From: a virus | Lineage: Duplodnaviria; Caudoviricetes | Virus record (IMG/VR): IMGVR_UViG_3300030376_000853 | Span: 1 to 43,404 of that record | Length of the DNA stretch: 43,404 bases | Strand: one strand, 5' to 3' | Part shown: piece by piece, positions 29,503 to 36,463 of the stretch | How the letters are laid out: the number at the start of each line of letters is the position of its first letter | Numbering within the stretch: position 1 is the stretch's first letter | Made by a program: the position numbers and the translations under genes | Notes under the pieces: model-generated | Database searches by the model: none | Told to the model about the DNA's origin: nothing | What the model saw: the letters and a program-made list of their open reading frames with translations, nothing else

Positions 29503-29632
29503 CTCTAGCCTCCCTGATTATACATAGAATATAATCTTTGTAGAGTACAACAAATCCACTAGACAATATAGTCAGTAGACTGAAGTGATGCTCTCCACAA
29601 GAGCCTAGTAGATGATGTATTATCTCTCTCAT
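29486..29632 (-). CDS. 48-aa His/Cys plus hydrophobic peptide (not in the ORF track)
   Basis: GAGG RBS; MREIIHHLLGSCGEHHFSLLTILSSGFVVLYKDYILCIIREARDVLFK. Confidence 0.6.
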   Translation of the reverse strand: MREIIHHLLGSCGEHHFSLLTILSSGFVVLYKDYILCIIREARDVLFK

Positions 29633-29699
29633 AATAACCTCTCTATTAGTTTTTTTCTCTACGACAAAATACTAATATATCGTACTTTGGCGTACCATT

Positions 29700-29728
29700 A
29701 ACTTACTAAATAATAGGGACAATGTCAA
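29700..29728 (-). promoter_or_regulatory. Sigma70-type promoter for the amidoligase operon
   Basis: TTGACA-N17-TAAGTT. Confidence 0.7.
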
Positions 29729-29751
29729 GAACTTTTTTTGACAACATTCTA

Positions 29752-29895
29752 CTAGAAACAACCTCTAATAGCATACCCTACGAAATATATTGCTACGTAA
29801 ATACCACCTACTAGCAATACTATCTCTAAGAAACTCTCTACTCTTTCGAGTATATCTTCTAGTATCTCTACTATTTTACTCTCTATCTTTCCCAT
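29752..29895 (-). CDS. 47-aa membrane peptide (not in the ORF track)
   Basis: AAGGA RBS; C-terminal TM IVLLVGGIYVAIYFVGYAI. Confidence 0.55.
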   Translation of the reverse strand: MGKIESKIVEILEDILERVESFLEIVLLVGGIYVAIYFVGYAIRGCF

Positions 29896-29915
29896 TCTAT
29901 TATTCCTTTATAGTT

Positions 29916-30134
29916 TTATCCTGCTCTCCAATATACCTTACCTCTATACTCTTTGAACTCTAGCATCTTCTCTCTAGTATTATACATAGTTAGAGCAGAA
30001 CCTCGTACTAGAATTTCAGTAGAGTTTTTAAACTCTCTAGGTTTATAGGTGTAGTACTTTCCAAAGTTCTCTTTTAAGTAGTGTACTACAAACCACCTAC
30101 CTCTGTAATTTTCTTTCTCTTTAATTACTTCCAT
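29916..30134 (-). CDS. Early hypothetical protein
   Basis: Likely start MEVIKEK with AAGGA RBS. Confidence 0.6.
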   Translation of the reverse strand: MEVIKEKENYRGRWFVVHYLKENFGKYYTYKPREFKNSTEILVRGSALTMYNTREKMLEFKEYRGKVYWRAG

Positions 30135-30151
30135 TCTACTATTCCTTATTT

Positions 30152-30610
30152 CTACCAAGTCTTATCACTCTTTAGTATTGGTCGTAGAATCTTCGGGTCG
30201 TACTTCCTAGCCTTTCTCCGAGTGTATGGAGTCCCTACTACCATCTTTCTACTAAAACTTTTCTCTCTCTGAATCTGTTTCTCTATAGCTTCACCTCTCT
30301 CTTTACCATCTAATGTAGTTGCTAGAGTTATTCTCTTGTAGGAGTAACCTCTATCTACATTATGTACATCTACCTGCTTACTATCTCTGTATGCTTTCTC
30401 TCTGATTAACTCAATTAGAGTCCAATTCTGTAGAATTGTATTACTCTCTATGCGAGTCAAACTCTCTCCATTTTCTTTTATCTCTAAGATATATTTTCTA
30501 CTTTCCATATCTCTACTAATATATATCTCTAAGAGACTTTCTACTTTATACCTGTAGTTATCCAATGGAGTAGGAGATTGCATATCTACCAATATATTAT
30601 CTCTACTCAT
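30152..30610 (-). CDS. Early hypothetical protein
   Basis: GAGGT RBS; 152 aa. Confidence 0.65.
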   Translation of the reverse strand: MSRDNILVDMQSPTPLDNYRYKVESLLEIYISRDMESRKYILEIKENGESLTRIESNTILQNWTLIELIREKAYRDSKQVDVHNVDRGYSYKRITLATTLDGKERGEAIEKQIQREKSFSRKMVVGTPYTRRKARKYDPKILRPILKSDKTW

Positions 30611-30715
30611 TTTTACCTCTACTATTTATCATTCTACTATTTATCTATCTATTAAATTGGTGTCTACGAATTATCTTAATAGAAACCAAGTTGCTATATA
30701 GATTTTTTTATCTCC

Positions 30716-30759
30716 AGAGGGTTACCTCTCTACGGATAACCCTCTACAGTTTTTTTTTT
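30716..30759. terminator. Strong hairpin with a T-tract on the + strand
   Basis: AGAGGGTTA...TAACCCTCT followed by ACAG and a T run. Confidence 0.45.
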
Positions 30760-31023
30760 CTACTTCTTACAATTCAGAGATACTTCAGATATACTAGAAC
30801 CGGTATCTCTTAAATTGTCATTCCATTCACTTAAATTAGAAGTTGCAACTTCTACGAAAGTTGCCCACGCTTGTTGTACTTCGATCGGTGCAAAATCCAA
30901 TTTACCAGTTCTTGGCATAGAAACTCTGCCTAGTCTTACTGCTTCATCTAGTTGTGATTGCTCTATGATTCCAGCTTCTACTAAAGATTTCATAGAAGCG
31001 TAGCTTGTCTTGTTATTATTCAT
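30760..31023 (-). CDS. First early gene, hypothetical
   Basis: GAGGT RBS; directly downstream of a strong promoter. Confidence 0.7.
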   Translation of the reverse strand: MNNNKTSYASMKSLVEAGIIEQSQLDEAVRLGRVSMPRTGKLDFAPIEVQQAWATFVEVATSNLSEWNDNLRDTGSSISEVSLNCKK

Positions 31024-31062
31024 TCTCTAACCTCTTGTTATTTGTTAATAAATTCATATCGG

Positions 31063-31092
31063 ATTATATATATAAATATGCATATGAGTCAA
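31063..31092 (-). promoter_or_regulatory. Sigma70-type early promoter
   Basis: TTGACT-N18-TATAAT. Confidence 0.6.
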
Positions 31093-31336
31093 GAAAATAA
31101 TAATAAATTAACATATGTTAATTAATTCAAAATGTATAAAAAAACATTAGGATTATTAAGAAAAAATTTGTATGAGTTAAATTTGAAGTTGAAGAAAATT
31201 TCGCATAATATATATTATGTATAATTGAAATGATGCAATTTAAAACAACCTAGAAATTAATACCTTTTAAGTTAATATCCTAGAATTATTTTTTTGAGCG
31301 TTATGAGCGTTTGGTTTTTAAAATATTGAGTTTAGT

Positions 31337-31421
31337 TTTCGAATACTAGTTCGAACTTTCGAATCATAATTCGAATTTTCAACTAACGAGTCGAATTTCA
31401 AACAGGATTAGGGGGCGGGGG
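31337..31421. repeat. Degenerate 20-bp tandem repeats of TTCGAA palindromes followed by GGGGGCGGGGG
   Basis: TTCGAA at 31338, 31350, 31358, 31370; variants at 31378, 31390, 31397; inside an AT-rich non-coding region of about 450 bp. Confidence 0.75.
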
Positions 31422-31482
31422 TAATACGCAAAGAAGACTCACACACAATTTTTGTATATTTTTTTAGAACATAGGTGGGTAA

Positions 31483-31719
31483 TTATGCCTTGTACTGGCT
31501 AGTTTCGTCTATATTGTATCCTGCGTCCATTATTTCCAGAGTATCAGCATTTTGTAGTCTTCCTACAATTTCAGCTAAAGTGTGTAAAGTTCTACCTGTA
31601 GGGTCAATAATGTCATATACGTCTATTCCGTGGGCTAATTCAATAGATTTATTTATATTATCGTAGATAGTATCTTCACTATAATCGTTGTCTAATGCTT
31701 TTTGTAGTCTAGTTTTCAT
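31483..31719 (-). CDS. Hypothetical acidic protein
   Basis: Likely start MKTRLQ with AAGGT RBS and own promoter. Confidence 0.6.
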   Translation of the reverse strand: MKTRLQKALDNDYSEDTIYDNINKSIELAHGIDVYDIIDPTGRTLHTLAEIVGRLQNADTLEIMDAGYNIDETSQYKA

Positions 31720-31742
31720 TTTCTCAACCTTTTTGTTACTGT

Positions 31743-31772
31743 AAGTTACTAACATATCAGTAAACAATACAA
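31743..31772 (-). promoter_or_regulatory. Sigma70-type promoter
   Basis: TTGTAT-N18-TAACTT. Confidence 0.45.
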
Positions 31773-31888
31773 GTGTTTTTAAAAATATTTCGTAAAAATT
31801 TTCAGTATCTTTGATTAGTACTTATAAGTTATATACTAGAATAGTTCTATTTGGCTCTATATTACCTTTTAATCAAGAGATTATCTGT

Positions 31889-32182
31889 TTAGTGGGTATT
31901 CGTATCGCTTAGTAGTAATTCTAACAGTTTTGGAGGTATTTCATTAGTTTTACTATTTAGTCTATAATATAGGTAACTAAGGGTTTCGTGCTCTGCTTCG
32001 TTGCCTCTTACTCCTGCTGTTTGAGTAATCTTCTCTACTTCATACTCTTTTACGGTTACTTCCTTTGTTTCTTCCCATATTGCTTGTTCGAACAGCTTGT
32101 CTAGGTTTTCTATCTGACTTGTCTTTACTGGGGTTAGAATTAAAAATCCTATCGTAATTTTCTTTATAACGTTTAACATCAT
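31889..32182 (-). CDS. Hypothetical protein with a signal-peptide-like N-terminus
   Basis: KKITIGFLILTPV leader; 97 aa. Confidence 0.55.
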   Translation of the reverse strand: MMLNVIKKITIGFLILTPVKTSQIENLDKLFEQAIWEETKEVTVKEYEVEKITQTAGVRGNEAEHETLSYLYYRLNSKTNEIPPKLLELLLSDTNTH

Positions 32183-32308
32183 TTATTCTACTCTTGTCTC
32201 CTTTGCCATTCATCTGATTTCCTTTTTCTTTCTTTATATATACGTTAGTATATATATTTCTTTCTTTATTTAGTTAAGTAGTTAGTTTCTTGGCTTAGTT
32301 CGCCTAAT

Positions 32309-32337
32309 AATTTAATAAGAAAAAACAAATTTTACAA
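32309..32337 (-). promoter_or_regulatory. Leftward promoter of a divergent pair
   Basis: TTGTAA-N17-TAAATT. Confidence 0.55.
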
Positions 32338-32373
32338 GTACTTTATTAATATTAATATAAAATAAAATAATAC

Positions 32374-32403
32374 TTGCATATATATATAGTTTATTTATAT
32401 ATT
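32374..32403 (+). promoter_or_regulatory. Rightward promoter of the packaging operon
   Basis: TTGCAT-N18-TATATT; only 12 nt before ATG 32416 and no SD, so the mRNA may be near-leaderless. Confidence 0.5.
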
Positions 32404-32415
32404 AATACATAGATT

Positions 32416-32649
32416 ATGAATAGAATAAAAACAATAGCTCAACTAAACTGTGCAAACTGGAATACTGGTAAGTGTATCGGATGTGTATTTTCTAATAAGA
32501 AAGATAGATTAGGTTATTTTATAGACTCAAAGCTTAGTGGGAAAGACTGTAAAGTAGAAGAGGGTTGTGATTACTTTGAATCCATAGTCATACCGGGAAT
32601 AGCTGATGACCGTATACGTAAGTCAGCAAAGAAAATGAGAGGTTTGTAA
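32416..32649 (+). CDS. Small Cys-rich protein
   Basis: CANW, CIGC, DC, CDYFE. Confidence 0.7.
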   Translation: MNRIKTIAQLNCANWNTGKCIGCVFSNKKDRLGYFIDSKLSGKDCKVEEGCDYFESIVIPGIADDRIRKSAKKMRGL

Positions 32650-32756
32650 TGAGAGTATTTACTGCATTAGGAATAATGTTTTTAAATTTTTATTTTGTAA
32701 TAGAAGCACTTGTGCTAGCAATAATAATTAAAGCGATAATGGGGTTTTATAAATGA
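32649..32756 (+). CDS. 35-aa hydrophobic peptide (not in the ORF track)
   Basis: MRVFTALGIMFLNFYFVIEALVLAIIIKAIMGFYK; TAATG and ATGA couplings on both sides. Confidence 0.55.
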   Translation: MRVFTALGIMFLNFYFVIEALVLAIIIKAIMGFYK

Positions 32757-33514
32757 AAAGAGCTATAGTAACACCAGATAAGCATTTTCCCTTTGAGGAT
32801 AAACCAGCTATAAAGGTTTTATGTAAGGCTATCGAGTTAGTAAAGCCAGATATATATATTGACCTAGGAGATACAGGAGAGTGGGAATCTGTTTCTCATT
32901 GGCAATGGAAGAAAAAGAAAAGACCACCATTAGAATATCAACTACCTTTTGTTGTAAAGGAGATAGAAGCTGTAAATAAAGGTATGGATGTAATTGATAA
33001 GTCTTTGGATAAGGCAGGGACAAAGGAGAGGCACTTCATTGAAGGTAATCACGAAGACTGGCTTAATAGATTTTGCGAAGAAAACCCATACCTATCTAAG
33101 CAAATGCTTGTCCCAAATGCTCTTAAACTTAAAGAGAGAGGATATAAATATCATAGAATTGGAAAGATGCTTAAAATCGGAAAGCTCAACTTTTATCACG
33201 GACATCATTTCGCTGGTGTTCATCATACTCGTAATCATCTCATACGTCTCGGTGGCAATGTCATGTATGGACATCATCACGACATACAACAATCTAGTGT
33301 CACTCATATAGACGGTGTAAAGTCTGCTTGGTCTATAGGTTGTTTAAAAGATATGAGTGCAGAGGCAAACGAGTGGTTAGGAAACAGGCAACACAATTGG
33401 CAACACGCTTTTGCTATTGTTGATTTTCATCCTAATAAAAACTTCAACGTTACAGTTCATCAGATTGTAAATGGAGTAAGTACTGTAGATGGTAAGGTAC
33501 TTAAGGCAAAGTGA
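32753..33514 (+). CDS. Calcineurin-like metallophosphoesterase
   Basis: PDKH, LGD, GNHE, HGH, GHHH motifs. Confidence 0.9.
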   Translation: MKRAIVTPDKHFPFEDKPAIKVLCKAIELVKPDIYIDLGDTGEWESVSHWQWKKKKRPPLEYQLPFVVKEIEAVNKGMDVIDKSLDKAGTKERHFIEGNHEDWLNRFCEENPYLSKQMLVPNALKLKERGYKYHRIGKMLKIGKLNFYHGHHFAGVHHTRNHLIRLGGNVMYGHHHDIQQSSVTHIDGVKSAWSIGCLKDMSAEANEWLGNRQHNWQHAFAIVDFHPNKNFNVTVHQIVNGVSTVDGKVLKAK

Positions 33515-34272
33515 AAAAGAAAAAGATAAAGAGCATTGAACACCCTCTATTCCAAGATGAAAAGGAATTTAAGCACTATATGCCTAACAAGGCTTTAGTT
33601 ACTGACTGGAGAAATGGTTTAGAGGGTGATTGGGTTCTTGCTGACGATGGTCAAGTATGTATGATATTGAAAAGAGGGGGGTTGAAAGCGTCAGGTACAG
33701 ATAAAATTTATAATTACTACGTTAGGACTGTTATGGGTTCTTACATTTGTAAACCATCTAATGAAATGAAAGGTGATATAAAACGTAATATATATACATT
33801 TGGAAAAGATAAAACAAAGTATGATATAAATAAAGATAGGGTAAAGCCTACATCTAAAGAGTTTTTATTTGCTAAGTATGTTGCAAAAGGTGATAACATA
33901 ACAGACGCTTTTATATCTGCTTATCCTACGAATAATAGGATTTACGCAGAAAGAGAAGCTAAGATTTTAATGAATACAAAAAGGGTACAAGGTTTGATTA
34001 AAGAAGAGATAGCAAAAGTTATGAATGAGGCTGATATAACGCCTCTTTATATACTAGAAAAGATGAAAGACATCATTGAGTCTGATGCCTCTAGAGATAG
34101 TGATAAAGTTTCCTTACTTAAAGAGCTTGTTGCTATAGCAGGAATGAGAGATACAGAAAAGAAATCAGAGTCTGTAACTGTATTCCAAGGTTTTTCTCCA
34201 GAACAGTTAGATGCAATAGGTGGTAACAACGTAAAACAAATAGCGAAAGCTGAAAGGACAGAAGAAAAATGA
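33511..34272 (+). CDS. terS: Terminase small subunit-like protein with an extra N-terminal domain
   Basis: KE.LFA.YV..G.N.TDA...AY HTH-like segment and oligomerisation helices; upstream of TerL. Confidence 0.6.
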   Translation: MKKKKIKSIEHPLFQDEKEFKHYMPNKALVTDWRNGLEGDWVLADDGQVCMILKRGGLKASGTDKIYNYYVRTVMGSYICKPSNEMKGDIKRNIYTFGKDKTKYDINKDRVKPTSKEFLFAKYVAKGDNITDAFISAYPTNNRIYAEREAKILMNTKRVQGLIKEEIAKVMNEADITPLYILEKMKDIIESDASRDSDKVSLLKELVAIAGMRDTEKKSESVTVFQGFSPEQLDAIGGNNVKQIAKAERTEEK

Positions 34273-34481
34273 ACCTATATGAAGTATGCATACAGGTGTT
34301 AGAACAAGCCGGTGAAAATGACAATGACTTAAAAGACAGTATGTCAAGAGAATATATAGCTAATGAGATATATGAGCTGTTTTATGAGTATCAAGTGTAT
34401 AGTGAAAAGTTTGATACTGGATATATAGAAGACGTAAAAGACTTTTGGGACTACAAGAACAGGTTTAATGAAGACAGATAA
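34269..34481 (+). CDS. Acidic hypothetical protein
   Basis: ATGA coupling; 70 aa. Confidence 0.6.
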   Translation: MNLYEVCIQVLEQAGENDNDLKDSMSREYIANEIYELFYEYQVYSEKFDTGYIEDVKDFWDYKNRFNEDR

Positions 34482-34845
34482 GTTAGCAGTATACGGAACT
34501 CTTCGTAATGGAAAGAGGGAGACGTGGAAGGTAGATGGATTTAACTTGTACTTTCCCGGTCATAGAAATTATCCTGTTGCAATGCCAAATGAAGACGCTA
34601 GTAACTTAGTTGTAGAGGTTATAGACGTAGATGAGCAAGACATAGATAATTATGATGTATACGAAGGAGTTGACTCTGGATTATATGAAAGAAGACTTGT
34701 TAAGGCTTATAGAGGTGATAAGAAGGTAGAAGCTTGGATGTATACTATAGGAACATTACTACTTCAAAGTACTGGAGTGTTTCAAGAAGTTCCGGGCAAA
34801 GACTGGTACTCAGATAAATGTCAGAAGCTAATACATTTAACATAA
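34468..34845 (+). CDS. Gamma-glutamylcyclotransferase (GGCT/AIG2-like)
   Basis: AVYGTLR, D.YEG with catalytic Glu, LYER, AWMY. Confidence 0.88.
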   Translation: MKTDKLAVYGTLRNGKRETWKVDGFNLYFPGHRNYPVAMPNEDASNLVVEVIDVDEQDIDNYDVYEGVDSGLYERRLVKAYRGDKKVEAWMYTIGTLLLQSTGVFQEVPGKDWYSDKCQKLIHLT

Positions 34846-36401
34846 ACAAAAACAACGTTTCTGAAAAGGAACGAGTGTTAGAGTTGGCTAGAAAGGATGT
34901 AGTCTCCTTTGGTCAGCTATTCCTACCCGAAGACTATATGAAGTCTACCCCTGCCCCATACCACTATGAACTAAGTGATTTACTACTAGACCCAGATAAA
35001 AAAAGAAATTGTATTATATTACCTAGAGGTCATAGTAAATCTACGTTAGCTAAAACAGCTTTATTATATCATCTCTATTTTAATCCAGAGGGTAAAAAAG
35101 AATTTATAGCTTGGGTAGCAGAAGAACAATCACAGGCTATAGACCATATAAAATATATACAAAACCATATAGAAATGAATCCTGCCTTAAATTACTACTT
35201 TGGAGACCTTAGAGGTAGTAAATGGACAGAGAAAGAGTTTACCACTAGTAAAGGAGATAGAATTATAGCTAAGGGTACATCTCAAAGACTACGTGGTCGT
35301 TCCCAACTAGGTCTTAGGTACACTAAGATTATACTTGATGACTTTGAATCTGAGTTAAATACAAAGACTCCAGACAGAAGAAGGGAAATAAAAGAGTGGG
35401 TTATGTCTACAGTTGAACCAGCATTAGAAAACTCAGCAGGTAATGAAGGTTCTGTATGGTTAATTGGTACTATTGTTCATTACGATTCCTTTCTACAAAG
35501 TATTTATGATGGATACCAAGAAGCTAGTAGAGATAAAAGAAAGTATGCTTGGGATGTTATGTACCATAAGGCTATTGATAGTGATGGTAATGTTCTATGG
35601 AGTTCATATTTCTCTAAAGAAAAACTAGATGATATACGTAGAAGATTTGAAGATGTAGGATTATCTCATAAATTTGCACAAGAATATTTAAATGAAGCTA
35701 GAGATTTAGAAAATGCTAAGTTTAAAACAGATAGGTTAGAATATTATGACCACGAATTTGAAAGTAAAAACGGTTATGCTTATTTGGTTAATAATAAAGA
35801 AGCTATACCCATTAATGTTTATCTTGGTGTTGACTTAGCTTATGAGTCTACTGCCTCTAGTGACTATCAAATAATTATGGTAGTAGGTATAGATAGCGAT
35901 AGAAATGTTTACGTAATAGACTATATGAGGGAACATATACCTTTATATGATATGCCAGATGAAATATTTAGTTATGCAAAAGAATATTCTCCTGTTAAAA
36001 GAGTTAATGTTGAACACGTAGGAGCTCAGGGTATTATCAAAGATGCTGTTAATAAAATGACAGGAACAGATAGGAAGGTAGCTCCGGGTGTAGCACTAGG
36101 AGTTAGACCTCCAACTGGTATTAAAAAAGAAGATAGACTTGAATCTTTGTTAGCTCCTTTAGTTAATAGACGTAAGATGTTTATTAAAAGAAAACATACA
36201 ACATTAGTTGATGAAATGTTTCAGTTTCCAAAAGGAAAGAACGACGATATACTTGATGGTCTGTGGTATGCTGTAAATAAATCTAGACCACCTCTAAGTA
36301 AAAGGTTTGAAGCATCTGAGTTTAAAAATGATAAAACTAAATCTCGTAAGATTGAAACAGTTAAAAGAACTATATCTTGGATAACTGGTCAAAAAGTTTA
36401 A
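34818..36401 (+). CDS. terL: Terminase large subunit
   Basis: PRGHSKST Walker A, IILDDFE Walker B, IGT, GVDLA and DDILD nuclease motifs. Confidence 0.95.
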   Translation: MSEANTFNINKNNVSEKERVLELARKDVVSFGQLFLPEDYMKSTPAPYHYELSDLLLDPDKKRNCIILPRGHSKSTLAKTALLYHLYFNPEGKKEFIAWVAEEQSQAIDHIKYIQNHIEMNPALNYYFGDLRGSKWTEKEFTTSKGDRIIAKGTSQRLRGRSQLGLRYTKIILDDFESELNTKTPDRRREIKEWVMSTVEPALENSAGNEGSVWLIGTIVHYDSFLQSIYDGYQEASRDKRKYAWDVMYHKAIDSDGNVLWSSYFSKEKLDDIRRRFEDVGLSHKFAQEYLNEARDLENAKFKTDRLEYYDHEFESKNGYAYLVNNKEAIPINVYLGVDLAYESTASSDYQIIMVVGIDSDRNVYVIDYMREHIPLYDMPDEIFSYAKEYSPVKRVNVEHVGAQGIIKDAVNKMTGTDRKVAPGVALGVRPPTGIKKEDRLESLLAPLVNRRKMFIKRKHTTLVDEMFQFPKGKNDDILDGLWYAVNKSRPPLSKRFEASEFKNDKTKSRKIETVKRTISWITGQKV

Positions 36402-36408
36402 ATACTAC

Positions 36409-36437
36409 TTGCATTATTTACAATTTTTAGTTAAATT
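36409..36437 (+). promoter_or_regulatory. Sigma70-type promoter for the portal/head operon
   Basis: TTGCAT-N17-TAAATT. Confidence 0.6.
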
Positions 36438-36463
36438 TATAACATTAAAAAAAAGGTATAGCT

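Noticed and set aside
25225-30610. Stop-codon (TAG) reassignment suggested by TAG/CTA richness
   Set aside because: Genes are full-length and densely packed under the standard code, and TAG serves as a normal stop
31337-31402. CRISPR array
   Set aside because: Units are 20 bp, degenerate and contiguous, with no unique spacers
18981-31666. + strand ORFs within the early arm (for example 18981-19247, 22216-22497, 26286-26519, 30815-31003)
   Set aside because: Antisense shadows of - strand genes
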